A stretch of 61,976 nucleotides of DNA, the filler included, from Aduncisulcus paluster (taxonomy: Eukaryota): assembly GCA_024181965.1 (NCBI GenBank). It is 9 parts of 9 records of this genome, joined end to end, with 100 filler letters (N's around TTAATTAATTAA, not from the genome) between each part and the next. Parts side by side here need not be neighbours in the genome. Positions count along the whole stretch, not along the records: positions 43,305 to 46,649 come from BQXS01011271.1; positions 46,750 to 51,638 come from BQXS01011272.1; positions 51,739 to 56,847 come from BQXS01011273.1; 6 more parts are not named here. One strand, written 5' to 3'. Position 1 is the first letter of the stretch; each line of letters begins with the position of its first letter. Under the pieces are notes generated by a model, which saw only the letters and a list, made by a program, of their open reading frames with translations, was not told the DNA's origin and ran no database searches. Below are positions 43,305 through 55,680 of the stretch, piece after piece. The translations under genes and the position numbers were made by a program.

Positions 43305-46300
43305 AAAAAAGGAAGACGTGCAAAGAACGGCAATACTAATAATCCATCTTCTTCACCAAGTCGTGTTTCTCTTAGTATGGGTTCATCCGTGCTTCCTCCT
43401 CCCTTCTCCTCGCCTTTCTCTCCTTATCTCCTCTCTCTCTCATCTTTGGCGACATTGCCTTCAATTCCGTTATCTTCTCTCCTTTTTTCATCACTATCGG
43501 GTTTTTCAATCAATCTCTTTGCCTTGCTCACACGATATGTCAAAGGTAAAACTTCCCCTCCCCTTCCGCCACCGCCTTTCTTGTCTCTCTTGCTGGCTGT
43601 GTGTCAGAGTGGTTGTGAGTGTGCCCGCAGAGTGAAGATTCATGGAGAAAAGAGAGAAAGGAAAGAGAAAAGAGAGAGAAGGAAAGAAAAGAGAAGGAAG
43701 GAAGCTTTACTCAAACAGGAGAACGAATCTGTTGAAGACATTGATAATGAGAAGAATGAAACAACGGGAAAGGTCAACAATGATTCTTTTGAATCCGCGG
43801 ATTGTCTTGTTATTCGAGATTTCTCCAAATCGGATAAGAAATCTAATCTTATCGGAGTCAACGATAAAATCAATGATTTGATTGAGAAAATCGATTCTAA
43901 ACTCATTAACATTAAGAAAAATGGTAAATCTTTTGACACTACGGTTTCGAATGAGATATCAGAGCTTGATCGTACATTTGCTGATATTGAATCTCTTGTT
44001 TCTGCCCATAAATCTGAAGAAGCTGCGGATTCTCAGGATTCTAAAAATATATCAACTGAACTTCCAACCAAACTTTCTCAACTTCGTTCTATTCTTGGAT
44101 ACCGTACGAACACGTGTGTATCCATGCATTCTGAGTCTGTCTCCTTCCTTTCCTCTCTTATGTCTTCCTTATCTTCCCTTTCTTGTATTATTTCTTCTCA
44201 AATGAGTGCTTGTCAAGAGGTTAATGATGAAGATGAAGATTCCTTTGACGAGTATGAGTATTCTTTGTATGAAGACGAGGAAGAAGGCAAAGAGGAAGGC
44301 AAAGAAGAACAAGGAGACATGAAAGGGGAGCAATCTCCAAGAAAGAAAGGGAAAAAGATGAAGAAAAGGAAGAGGAAGAGACGAGTTTGGGATGATACTC
44401 TTTTCACAACGGCTCCTTCTTCTCTCCCGTCATTTATCCCAACTCTGACCCATTCAGGCATTGGTATCACATCTCCACAGGCCATCCTTGAGTCCGGTTC
44501 ATCCACTTCCCCTTCTTCCTCTCTCCTATCGGGCGGTGTGGAGCCATCTCCCGGTGCCAATCGTTCATCCAAGAAACGCAGTGCATCAGGTGATGTGTAT
44601 GACTCTGGCGTGTATCCAAGGAGATCCATTCATAACCTTAACTCGTCCTCATCAATCCATCCCCACACCATACAGTCCCACGTCGTGTCTCCACATAGTG
44701 CTGGAATGGTCCTGTCGGCTTCTGGGTATTCATCAAACCACAGACATTCTCTCTCTTCCTCCCTCCCCATTGGAGGTCAGTATAGCCACTCACATACTTC
44801 ATTCAGACATCTCCATCCTGGGGCTTCTTCCCCGTCCTTGTTTGTAGGTTACTCGGGAGAATCTCACTCACTTGCCACTCGACTCATGAATAGCCATGCA
44901 AAAGTCGTGAAAGGAGAAGAGAAGAGGAGACGTTTGATTAGGGAGCTTCGAGAAGAGAGGATGAAAGTAATTCGGGTTAAGAGAGAATGTGAGGAAGAAA
45001 GGAAAGATTGGGTGAAAGAGAGGAAATCTCTTGAAACAGAGTTGAAAATGCTACGTTCAACTCTTGCTTTGAATGGTCTTGGCAATGAACTCACGACCTA
45101 TTCCAACGCCATGTCTTCTTCTCTAAAGTTGAAGACATCTCCAGTCAAATCTCCTTACTCTCACCGCAAAAAGGTCTCCATTGGTGAGTCTGTGCTTAAG
45201 GGAGTGTCCCCTGCGATTGGATTTGGCTCATACTCACATTCCCTTGCATTCCAACACTCCCCGGCCACTTCTTTGGACATTCCTCATGATAACCAGGAAG
45301 ATAAGGCTGCTATCGTTGGTTGGGATGTTGATGTGACTCCTGAACACCAAGGAAACCTCCATCACGCCACTCCGGGTAACTCTGGAGCCTTGCATCACTC
45401 AAAGATACCTGCCATGGCACACTCTCCCTCGCTGTCTCTGTTGTTGCGTAGTGCTGAGCAGGAAAGGAAGCATCAGGCCTCTATCCGATCCTCTTCATGT
45501 TCTCCTCCTCCTTCTCCTTCTCCCACCCTCCTTGCTAAGCTCGCCTCACTGAACAATACTTATAACGAACGAAAGAGAGCAGTCGAGACTGTGAAACACC
45601 AACTTGATGAAACTGAGAAGTCTTTGTTTGACGCTGAGGATCGGCTATTGGACTTGGAAAGAACTTTACGTCAGGAGGAAGCCAGTGATGATCAGCCATC
45701 TTCCACCAGTGACAGTTCTGACGAGTTCCTTTCCATGCTCACTCAGGGAGCAGCAACTACAACATCCATTCCGACATCCACAGAGAGCATTGGATCTTCC
45801 CCGAGTGATGGAACAGGTGAAACATTTGATGGCGAGTCGGTGGAACTCCTTGACGATACGACCCAACAACAAGTCCATCTTGCTGCGACATCCCCTTCTG
45901 TTATGCTGGCCCAGAGGTTAAGGGAGCAAAGAAGACGTCTTCGTGCTCTAAAAAAAGAACAAGAACTTGACACGAAACGCGCACAAGCTCAGCTTGATTC
46001 GAATCGTCTCACCAACATGCGTTGTGAAGTTGAGACCCTACGGGCAAAAGTTACACGTCTGAAGTCCGTATATAAGGAAACAATTGGAACAACGAAAGAG
46101 ATTCGTGGGGAAATCAAGAGAGTTAGAGAGAGTATTCGTCGGGAAGAGGAAGAGGAGAGAAAGAGAAGGGAGAGGGAACGGTATTTGAGAGAAGAAGAGG
46201 AAAGGAGAGAAGAGGAAAGACGGGAGGAAGAAAGGAGAGAAGAAGAGATTGAAAAGAAAGAAGGAGAAGTGAAGTACACTCATGTCTCTGAACCTGAGGA

Positions 46301-46649
46301 GATATCACATTCTGTTGATGAAGAAGAAGAAGAAGAGGAGGAGGAACAGGAACAGGAACAGGAACAGGAGGAAGAAGAGAAAGGAGAACTCCAACAAAGC
46401 GAATTATTGATCGAGATGAACAAGAAAGATGAAGAATTGAAACATTTGAAATCATTGGTTGATTCTCTTCGAATTTCTCAAATTTCTAAAAATAGAACAA
46501 GTGAGAATGGTGATATTTCGAGCAAGGATGATGTTATTGGTTCTTCATCCAAAGAAGCTGGGAAGACTTTTGATTCTGAGATTGCACAATTTATTGCTCA
46601 TTCCGAGGTAGTTTCAAAAGAGAAAGAAGAATCGATAAAGAGTTTGCGT
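43305..46649 (+). CDS. Hypothetical low-complexity coiled-coil protein (3' truncated, probably also 5')
   Basis: Open frame of over 1100 codons with Ser-rich and E/R-rich coiled-coil blocks. Confidence 0.8.
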
Positions 46650-46749
46650 NNNNNNNNNNNNNNNNNNNNNNNNNNNNNNNNNNNNNNNNNNNNTTAATTA
46701 ATTAANNNNNNNNNNNNNNNNNNNNNNNNNNNNNNNNNNNNNNNNNNNN

Positions 46750-47936
46750 TCAAGGTCGAGATTGGCAACAAGATCATAAATATTCACCTCATCATCCCCG
46801 GGTGAAATAGTTCGAATATACCGATCAAAGGTTTCAGATCTCTCACATGTCATGACACATTCCTCCTTGCAAAGACCGGGCAGATGGAACATTCTCATAA
46901 ATCCAGGAATAGAACACGAAAACGTTGACTTATCGTGGCTCGAGTCAGTATCCCAAGGCAATGAAACAAGAATAAGGGATTGACGTTGTGTGAAGGCAAC
47001 AATGGATTCAGTAAGAAAGTAAGGCACTGAATCTTTCAGTCGTTGATCAAATGAAAGAACAATTCTTGATGAAGCGCTTACAATGAATGGATATAACGTC
47101 CTCTTACGAAGTCCAACAATGTACTTGCCATCGACAGGAGAAAAAGAATATCTTTGGATTGCCATTGGTGGGCCCAATCCTGATGAATCCTCATCGCCCA
47201 GATCCAAAATGGCACTGACCGATCGAAATTTGACAGAATATCGATCCTCACAGAGAATAATGTCTCGATTGGGGTGAAATGTGCAGCGAATGTATGTTGT
47301 ATCCAACGAGGAGTTATGTCCAAGGAGAGAACCATCAGAAGAGAAGATAAGGATTGAAGATGATGAAGAATTAGAGGGATTCACAAGTAGACAGATTTGA
47401 TCATCAAAGGTAGAAAACCCAGAACGTATATATGAGCCAACTTCAACAATTTTTTCAATCTCACCAGAAACAACGTTAATAAGTCTAAAATTAGGAAGAA
47501 ATGGTTGGAATATAATCAAAACAGGATGTTCATGAAGATCAAATGAAGAAGGGATAATAATTTCACAATTTCGAGACCTTTCGAGTCCATATTGTTCTGG
47601 GGAAATCAAAACAAAAGGTGATTGTTGATATGAAAGAGCATGAATAAGGTCGAATAAAACAAGATGATTCATCCTTTCAGAAGATTGGGTGAAATTAATA
47701 CACAAATAATCTTCATTAGGTGAAAAATGGACACTTTTAATAACAGAATCCGGCAATGGAAGGGGAAGAATAAAAAGACGTAAAGAATATGTATTGATCG
47801 CAAAAAGGCGATCATTCGGAGACTCAAGTTGTCTAAATATTTGGTAATACCGACTATTATAAGAAATTTCAATTTGATGTTGAAATAGAGCGATTGTTGA
47901 AATAAGTGGGAATCCACACGATTCAGACCCCCTCAT
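46750..47936 (-). CDS. Hypothetical beta-propeller-like protein (3' truncated)
   Basis: ORF from ATG 47936 with repeated (F/H)SP.G/D-type blade motifs (VHFSPNEDYL, TFHPNRDIIL, SFSPVDGKYIV). Confidence 0.7.
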
Positions 47937-48263
47937 TGATTATCATTCAGCAAATAAAAATGGATATTGAAAGAATACTGATCGTATTGAGTTTCAAGAT
48001 TGCGAAATCAATCAAAACACGGTCCAAATCCACCAAAGTCATTTTCGACATATTCCAACCTTTGAACATTCATTTCTTTGACCTTTTTTATTTTTAATGG
48101 CGAAATTATTAAACAATTTCACAATATTTCTGTTTTATTTGAGTGTTGGCGATGTATTCCATCTTGACATTTTCTTTCGAATTTTACACTTTACTTCCAG
48201 TTTTCTACACGCCAAAAACCCCATCAATATTCCCCGTCTCTCCATATCTCTTCACTTGTCTTT

Positions 48264-48440
48264 TCACAATTTCATCAATCGAATGGCATTCCCACCTTTC
48301 TCCAATCTTGGCAGGACGTCTCTTATTTCCTCGCCAATCATCATTCTGGCCTCTGACACGCTCAACCTCTTTTCTGGATTGATAGATGTGAATCCTTTAT
48401 ACACCTCATTGAAACAATTGAATATCTTGAAATTTTGATC
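48264..48440 (-). pseudogene. Remnant of a kinase C-terminal lobe
   Basis: CFNEVYKGFTSINPEKRLSVSEAR...VLPRLEKG resembles kinase subdomain XI (P..R.S..E). No upstream kinase body. Confidence 0.4.
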
Positions 48441-48466
48441 TCCTTTATAATCTCCATGAAGTGGAA

Positions 48467-48766
48467 TCAAATTATTTTCTTCTTTCGAGTCTTCTTCCTT
48501 CTTAATCTATACCCAGCAAGGGTTTTAGCAATACGAAATGCTTCCATTAATTCAGCGATGTCGATCTTAATTTTTCTAGATTTTGAAGGATTGGGAAATG
48601 AGCTTTGTTTTTGGGTTACCATTTGTTTCCATATTTTAATTGCATTTTTGAGAAGGTTCGAGAGAACTATATCTAATGATTTCCCAATATCCTTCTGTTG
48701 TGTCGATAACTCGGGATAGTAGCGAGCAATAAACTCTTTACATTCTTTTGTAGATATTAACTCCAT
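48467..48766 (-). CDS. Small basic protein, possible histone fold
   Basis: 99 aa: short helix, long helix (LDIVLSNLLKNAIKIW), loop (KSRKIKI), helix (IAELMEAF), basic tail. Confidence 0.5.
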   Translation of the reverse strand: MELISTKECKEFIARYYPELSTQQKDIGKSLDIVLSNLLKNAIKIWKQMVTQKQSSFPNPSKSRKIKIDIAELMEAFRIAKTLAGYRLRRKKTRKKKII

Positions 48767-48918
48767 ATAATTTAAATAATAAGATGAATATTGAATATTA
48801 TATTAAATTAAAAAGGTAAAAATCAGGCTAAAATGATACCTTTATCTCTATACTTGCCAAACAGAGAGAAAAAAAAAGAGTGTTGGATTGAATTTGATAG
48901 TGTGTTTTTCTGGACTGA

Positions 48919-50805
48919 ATGCAACGGCTTGCCAATTATAGAACGAAGATCAAGAATTCCATACTTGCATGTGAATCTAAATTGACAATTCCTTTGTTTG
49001 ATGAAGCTTTGCATGATATTCCTGAGTGGTCGAGCTTATGGATTGATGCTGCCTCGTTTGCTGGAGAACAAAGTAATTTTCCACTGAAGGAAGCATATTT
49101 GCGAAATGGAATTCTCGTGTGTCCTTCATGTGATTTGTTATTTTTCCTTCTTGCTGAACATTTATTTCAAATGGATAGAAAAGAAGAGGCAGAGAATGTT
49201 TTTAAAGATTTATGCAAGATAAGGGGAAATAAGCCTTCTCCATTAATAATAATTGAATATTTAAAGTTGATAGCAATGATAGATTCAGATAGAATTGGTC
49301 CTTTTGTCAATTATGTAAGGACAGAATTCCCTTCGTCATGTACTTGGGATTTTGATATTGCCTTAGCAGGAGTTCAAGCATATTTATTGTCTCATCGTGT
49401 CTTAAATATCATTGAACTTCGAGAGAGTTATGGAAAGAAAGCTCACCCAATTGTAGACATCATTCATGGAATTTACCACACAGATAGACATTCTTTGAGC
49501 AAAGAAGAATTATCCAAGCTTGTTAGTTATGATATAACCCTTGGAAAGATTCTCCCTCGCGATCAATGGCGGAAAACAGTAGATTCTGCCTTTTCTGCCC
49601 ATAAAAAGAACCCTGAATTTATTCAACGTGCTATAAATACATTATATTTGGGAGGAACTGAACGCTCAATTCTTGGGGACGTTTCTTGTGGCACCCATCT
49701 CAAATCTCAGTATGAACTCGATAAATCTGTTGAAATTAAGGCTCTAAATCCTGAAGAACAGATAAAAGAACTATGTTCTTCCTCCATTCCAGATCTTTCT
49801 TTGTCAGTTTCCCCGCAGGACTCTCTCTCATTCTCTCATGTTCATCCTTCCCTTCGACACCTTGTAACTCACACATTTTCGACATTATTACCAATTCCAG
49901 CGTCAAATCTTCCTCAATATTTCCTCAATGGTACTGAAGATCTCGTTGATCACTCGAGTGAAGGGAAAGAAATTTCAAAGCCCACACCGGACAGCTCTTC
50001 CACCCCTACTTTCTCATCATTTGAGAAACTTCCCTTTGCATCAACATGTTTCACTCACAACCCTGAATTATTGGCCACAGCCATGAATTGTGAGCCTGTA
50101 GTGTTTCTATCAGGTTCCTCATCACCCAAGTCTAGATCAACTCAATCAACATCAAAACCATGCCCTCATCAAACAGCGATAAAAGTGGAGGTGACTGTAT
50201 CTCCAATTATTCCTCCTTCCTCTTTGTCCTCCTCACATTCTATTCCGGCAATCTCGATGGATCAATCCCTTGCCAGTTTTATTGTCGCTAGAGTTGGAAA
50301 GGACGAATATCAGGACATTCCGAGGCAAAAGAGATCGTTTGTTGTTGCAAGAGATAAAGCAAAGAAAGTCGCCTCTTTTGGATCCATTAAGAAAGAAAAG
50401 ATTTCTGAACTCTTGTCACAATCATCATATCCTCCAGCGACTCCACCCAGTGTCATTCAATTCCATGTCAAATTGAAGGAATATTCCTCCAATTTCCACC
50501 ATATGTTACGCACTCACTTTTCAACATATGGCTCACATCAGTTTTCGGGGATTTCCGTGGATAATGTCATGGATCTGCTTTTGATGGAACCAATTCCAAC
50601 GCGAACAAGTGATGTGTCAACGCCTCTTCGTCTCCTTTCAAGAGATAGTGAAGATGTGTTGGCCACTGTCATTCCAAATGTCTCATTGGATATTCCTGTC
50701 GAAGCTAAGATTGAATCAATGAGATCATATACCGTGTCTGACCCAAGAGTCGCTGGAGGGAAGAGGAGAAGCAGAAGAGGAGGAAGAAAAAAGGGGTCGA
50801 AATAG
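48919..50805 (+). CDS. HAT-repeat protein, CstF-77/Rna14-like (tentative)
   Basis: LWIDAASF, GILVCPSCDLLFFLLAE, PLIIIEYLK are HAT-like repeats. The C-terminal PP..PP...SVDNVMDLL..EPIP resembles the CstF-77 hinge (inference). Confidence 0.6.
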   Translation: MQRLANYRTKIKNSILACESKLTIPLFDEALHDIPEWSSLWIDAASFAGEQSNFPLKEAYLRNGILVCPSCDLLFFLLAEHLFQMDRKEEAENVFKDLCKIRGNKPSPLIIIEYLKLIAMIDSDRIGPFVNYVRTEFPSSCTWDFDIALAGVQAYLLSHRVLNIIELRESYGKKAHPIVDIIHGIYHTDRHSLSKEELSKLVSYDITLGKILPRDQWRKTVDSAFSAHKKNPEFIQRAINTLYLGGTERSILGDVSCGTHLKSQYELDKSVEIKALNPEEQIKELCSSSIPDLSLSVSPQDSLSFSHVHPSLRHLVTHTFSTLLPIPASNLPQYFLNGTEDLVDHSSEGKEISKPTPDSSSTPTFSSFEKLPFASTCFTHNPELLATAMNCEPVVFLSGSSSPKSRSTQSTSKPCPHQTAIKVEVTVSPIIPPSSLSSSHSIPAISMDQSLASFIVARVGKDEYQDIPRQKRSFVVARDKAKKVASFGSIKKEKISELLSQSSYPPATPPSVIQFHVKLKEYSSNFHHMLRTHFSTYGSHQFSGISVDNVMDLLLMEPIPTRTSDVSTPLRLLSRDSEDVLATVIPNVSLDIPVEAKIESMRSYTVSDPRVAGGKRRSRRGGRKKGSK

Positions 50806-51481
50806 CCAAGATTCTCAATTATTCCAACAATTTAAAGATATATCTATATATTATCTATATATATCATCATATTTTGTCTATAAATAGTTTATTATTGAGT
50901 CTCATTTGAGTATTCAAGATTTTACTCTCAGACTTTTCCTACGAGGATAAATAGTATTTATCATTGACCGTACCATAATAATAAATCATGTCATTGAATG
51001 TGAGACACTGTGAAACACCCCATTCCGATTGGTTCATTCATTGAGTTTTCGCTCCAGAGTTCGGATGCTCCAAGTGGGGAGAGATCGATGATATGTCTGT
51101 TTTGTACCGAAATGAGTTGATACGATTCCTCAACTATTGTGAATACCACTATTTTTTTTTTGGTGATTTTGGATTCGGAATTTATAGATTTTGGACGACT
51201 CGTTATGTCGGACATTTCGAACTTGATTTTCTTTTTAAAGATCATGAAAATTTCAAAGTTTTGATCTTTGAAATGACTTTGCTCAAAGTTTGCTTGGTCC
51301 GAATGGATCGTGACTGAGCAAAAAACGTTATCAATGTATGGACAATTGCAAGCGAGAGATAGAACTTTCAAGAGCTTTTCAATAATGAAAGTGGAATTTT
51401 ATTTTCCTAGACACACTAAAAGGAGGAATAAAAGTTGAAATAAACGATGACAAATGCTTTGATATACAATCCCTATTCACA

Positions 51482-51638
51482 TTACAGGAACTTCTGTCTG
51501 GCAGCCTCGACCAAAGAAGCGGGGAGAGCATCAGTGAAGAGAGGAGGAGCAGACTTGGAAGTATCTTTGGCCAATAACACACGGGCATCAAGGGTAACAT
51601 TGGAAACTGGACGAGCAAGAACAGGGTTCATGTCGATC
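51482..51638 (-). CDS. C-terminus of ADP-forming acetyl-CoA synthetase (ATP-grasp), 5' truncated
   Basis: IDMNPVLARPVSNVTLDARVLL...ARQKFL* matches the D.NP.......LDAR motif of acetate-CoA ligase/succinyl-CoA synthetase beta-type ATP-grasp domains. Codon usage looks like a highly expressed gene. Confidence 0.75.
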
Positions 51639-51738
51639 NNNNNNNNNNNNNNNNNNNNNNNNNNNNNNNNNNNNNNNNNNNNTTAATTAATTAANNNNNN
51701 NNNNNNNNNNNNNNNNNNNNNNNNNNNNNNNNNNNNNN

Positions 51739-51879
51739 GAAACAACATTGAAGCATTTAATTCGAAAAGCTGGATACCATCGTTCCTATGTTGATTGTCA
51801 ATCTGTTATCAAATCGCTCACTCGTTATAAGTCCTCAAAAATGTCAATGACCTACGAAGAATATTCTAAAATTGAATAA
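51739..51879 (+). CDS. 3' end of an unknown gene (degenerate EF-hand-like)
   Basis: Open frame from the contig edge: ETTLKHLIRKAGYHRSYVDCQSVIKSLTRYKSSKMSMTYEEYSKIE*. Confidence 0.4.
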   Translation, partial: ETTLKHLIRKAGYHRSYVDCQSVIKSLTRYKSSKMSMTYEEYSKIE

Positions 51880-52066
51880 TTTGCAAAAGATTATATAGAT
51901 TCAACTTTCTTTTTTTTTATTACTCACATAACCAACCTCCCAAACGCGAAGGTCAATAAATATCTATTTCACATGAAAGATCTGATTAGATCTAAAAAAG
52001 CATGAAAAATATTGTAAATACTTTGAATTGTTATAATAATAGAATTATTTATATCGATTCGATTCT

Positions 52067-53302
52067 CTATTTAATTGGATCTATATCTTTGTCACCTTCT
52101 AATTCATTATCCTGAACTATAACGACCTTGACTTCACCATGGGGGTCCTTTTTCGGAGCATGGATACATGTCACAAGAATACCAAGCAAATGCCTTAATG
52201 AAATAACTCCCAACAGGGACTTTTTATCGTCAACTATAAACACCCGATGTATGTTATTCTGGGCAAACATCTTGAGAACATGGGCAAGAGAATCCGTCAT
52301 CAACACAGTACTCAATTCTTCCGCACTCTCTGGTCGGGAGGAGAGCACACTTTCAACCGTCCTATTAAGATTCTTGAAGGATCTATCGAGAACTTGGAAT
52401 ACAAAATCATGCTTCGAAATCATATCCACACAAACTCCATCCTCATTCACAACAGGAATAGCAGAAAGTTTATGGTTAACTAATTTTTTGACAGCAGAAC
52501 GTAGCCTGCTTTGAGGCCGGACAGTAACAACCTCGCTATCACCAATATCTAACTCGGCAATAGTCTTTCTCAATAATGAAGCTGATAATCTAAATTTAGC
52601 CACAAGGAATCGACATACTGCTCGATAAGTTATAACATTAAGTAATTGTCCTTCGTCATCAAATACAGCCAATCTGTGAACTCCTTCGCTTTTAATAAAC
52701 TTAACGGCCGTGGCAATATCGGTTTCAGTTGTGCATGCAACAAGAGGACGTTTATATGGGGGAAGTTGCTTCCAGTCATGGACAGAAACCCTGTCGAGCA
52801 TAATTACAACATTTGCATGGAGCTTTGAGGATGGATTTGGAAATAGAGGAGATTTAGGTGGAATGGATTTGGAGGATGTTTGATCTTTTATAAGTTGAGA
52901 AGGATTTGTGGTCGTTTCGAAAGAAGAAGAAGTGGAGGCTTTGGATATTCTGTCACCGGAAATGGTTGTTTTGTCATGTTCGATTCTAAGAGAACTCTGT
53001 TTGGACAATTTCATATGTCTTTTTAAGGTTTTGATTGGAGGAGGAACAAAAGCATCATGTAATGATAAAAGAGCGATCATAATATCAGAAGCAGTAAAAA
53101 TACCAGTGTATCGTTCCTCTGAATCATCCCATATCGCAGCTGCAGTACAAAAATTTTCAGCCAGTACTTTCCACGCTCTAAACATTGATAACTTACTGTT
53201 TAAAGTAACCAATTTAGAGCTATCAGGCATCAAATCATAAGCGGTATAAACAGAGAGAAATTCTTTAATATTTTGAGTTTCATAATCAGCAGACTCTTCC
53301 AT
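52067..53302 (-). CDS. SNF4: AMPK gamma subunit (SNF4), CBS domains
   Basis: FLSVYTAYDLMPDSSKLVTLN, AAAIWD, GIFTASD, VHRLAVFD, LSAIPVVNE.G, IHRVFIVD...GVISLRHLL. Confidence 0.9.
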   Translation of the reverse strand: MEESADYETQNIKEFLSVYTAYDLMPDSSKLVTLNSKLSMFRAWKVLAENFCTAAAIWDDSEERYTGIFTASDIMIALLSLHDAFVPPPIKTLKRHMKLSKQSSLRIEHDKTTISGDRISKASTSSSFETTTNPSQLIKDQTSSKSIPPKSPLFPNPSSKLHANVVIMLDRVSVHDWKQLPPYKRPLVACTTETDIATAVKFIKSEGVHRLAVFDDEGQLLNVITYRAVCRFLVAKFRLSASLLRKTIAELDIGDSEVVTVRPQSRLRSAVKKLVNHKLSAIPVVNEDGVCVDMISKHDFVFQVLDRSFKNLNRTVESVLSSRPESAEELSTVLMTDSLAHVLKMFAQNNIHRVFIVDDKKSLLGVISLRHLLGILVTCIHAPKKDPHGEVKVVIVQDNELEGDKDIDPIK

Positions 53303-53828
53303 CTTTCAAAAAAGATTTTTATCTTTTTTGTGGTCCGTATTAATCTCGAGAAAACAGCGAAAGATGGATGAAATTCTTGTCAGTATGAAAAAGAATCATA
53401 TTAAGGCTTAATAATGATATAATGGAGTTTTACTTGATATATTAAATTAAGGGAATGGACATCACGCTATTTTGAACGCTGTAGGGAAAATATTCACTAA
53501 TGAGTGAATTACTAATGATATCAATTGATTATTATAAACATTATAAGTGCTGGCTTAAATGCTTGACTTTTTAATGAATATCATGTGATTTTTGTGGCAA
53601 GACTTTTTGCAAAAAAAAAAAAACTTGTAAAGTTGCCCGTGGTCAGCATTACTTTGTTTTAAAGAGGAGAATAAATGTAATAGTATTATCATTTATCAAT
53701 TAAGCGGCGATTATTCAATAATCTTTCAATTCCATTCCATTCTTTAATTACAGAAGAATGTGTTTGACCGTCTGCTCGATTTCCTCATCTTAAGTTTTCG
53801 TGTCAACACGAACTAATCACATCTTATT

Positions 53829-55058
53829 ATGTCCAAATCTCGCTTTTCTGGAGTTGTTCAGGGCCCTCCTGATCCTATCCTCAATCTAGGTGTCATGTTT
53901 AGAGCAGACCCTCATCCCAAAAAAGTTAATCTCGGAATTGGAGCTTACCGTAACGCTGAACTTAAACCTGAAATTCTTCAATGCGTTCGTAAGGCTGAAG
54001 AATTCATTTATAAACATCCTGAGACTTATACTAAGGAGTATCTTCCTCTTGAAGGATATGTTCCTTTCCTCAAAGAAGCCCAAAAACTTATCTTTGGCCC
54101 CGATCATGTTGCCCTTAAAGAGGGTCGCGTGTGTTCAATCCAAGAACTTTCTGGTTCTGGATCTCTTTTGATTTCTGCCGATTTCATGCACAGGTTGTTG
54201 GGTATTAATAAGATATATATCCCCAACCCTACTTGGGGTAATCATGGTGCTCTTATTGGCAAAGCTCTTTGTGAAACTGAAAAATACACCTACTTGGGTG
54301 CTGACGGTCTCTACATTGATTTCGAAGGTATGAAGAAAGATTTCCTCGCCATGCCTGACGGATCTGTCATTCTTTTGCACGCTTGTGCTCATAATCCTTC
54401 TGGTGTTGATTTGAATGAAGAACAATGGCGTGAACTCCTCCCTATCTTCAAGAAGAAACAACATTTGCCTTACTTCGACTGTGCTTATCAAGGTTTTGCT
54501 ACTGGTGATTTGGATAAGGATGCTATGGCTATGAGACTATTTGCCGATGAAGGTATTGAGTTCATTATTTGTCAGTCTCTTTCCAAGAACATGGGACTCT
54601 ATGGTGAACGTTGTGGAGCTATCCACATCCACACCGTCGACAAGGAGACCGCTGACAGAGTTGCCAGTCAGGTTAAACGTATCGTTAGAGCCACTCACTC
54701 TGTTTCTCCTTGCCATGGTGCCTACATTGCTTCTGTTGTTCTTGGCACTCCTGAGCTTTTTGAATTATTCAAGGAAGAAGTTAAGAAGATGGCTGGCAGA
54801 CTTCTTGACATGAGAAAGAAGATTTATGATGCTCTTTCTAAAACCGCTCCTGAGAAGAATTGGGATCACGTTATTTATCAGAGAGGAATGTTTTCGTTTA
54901 CTGGCTTAGATTCTCATCAAGTCAAGATGTTAGCTGATGAGTACCACATTTATATGGTTTCAAGCGGTCGTATGGCTCTTACTGGATTGAATGACGGTAA
55001 TATTCAATATGTTGCTGATTCTATTAAGGCTGTTCTTGATAAAACGGCTAAAAAGTGA
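53829..55058 (+). CDS. GOT1: Aspartate aminotransferase (cytosolic type)
   Basis: PPDPIL, KVNLGIGAYR, PTWGNH, LHACAHNPSGVD, FDCAYQGFATGD, SLSKNMGLYGERCG, QRGMFSFTGL. Confidence 0.96.
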   Translation: MSKSRFSGVVQGPPDPILNLGVMFRADPHPKKVNLGIGAYRNAELKPEILQCVRKAEEFIYKHPETYTKEYLPLEGYVPFLKEAQKLIFGPDHVALKEGRVCSIQELSGSGSLLISADFMHRLLGINKIYIPNPTWGNHGALIGKALCETEKYTYLGADGLYIDFEGMKKDFLAMPDGSVILLHACAHNPSGVDLNEEQWRELLPIFKKKQHLPYFDCAYQGFATGDLDKDAMAMRLFADEGIEFIICQSLSKNMGLYGERCGAIHIHTVDKETADRVASQVKRIVRATHSVSPCHGAYIASVVLGTPELFELFKEEVKKMAGRLLDMRKKIYDALSKTAPEKNWDHVIYQRGMFSFTGLDSHQVKMLADEYHIYMVSSGRMALTGLNDGNIQYVADSIKAVLDKTAKK

Positions 55059-55680
55059 GTACAGTAGTTGTTTATTTAATAAAATGTTTGGATTGATTAA
55101 TATTATGNNNNNNNNNNNNNNNNNNNNCAAGGAAGAAGTTAAGAAGATGGCTGGCAGACTTCTTGACATGAGAAAGAAGATTTATGATGCTCTTTCTAAA
55201 ACCGCTCCTGAGAAGAATTGGGATCACGTTATTTATCAGAGAGGAATGTTTTCGTTTACTGGCTTAGATTCTCATCAAGTCAAGATGTTAGCTGATGAGT
55301 ACCACATTTATATGGTTTCAAGCGGTCGTATGGCTCTTACTGGATTGAATGACGGTAATATTCAATATGTTGCTGATTCTATTAAGGCTGTTCTTGATAA
55401 AACGGCTAAAAAGTGAGTACAGTAGTTGTTTATTTAATAAAATGTTTGGATTGATTAATATTATGCCTTGATTTGAGTGTAATCGACAATTCTTGTACTA
55501 CATTAGTAATGTCATCAATTGTACGGGGAAATAGTTTTCGACATAAGAAAAATTTAAATTCACAGAAATATATTTCATAATTTTGATATTATCCCATGAT
55601 TAGTGTTATAATATTTTTCTTATTTGGTCGTTTAATAAATATTTGTTTTCTTCGCTCAACAAGAAGAAAAGAAATTCGAA

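Noticed and set aside
54770-55465. Second, truncated aspartate aminotransferase copy
   Set aside because: Exact 338-bp overlap around a 20-N gap.
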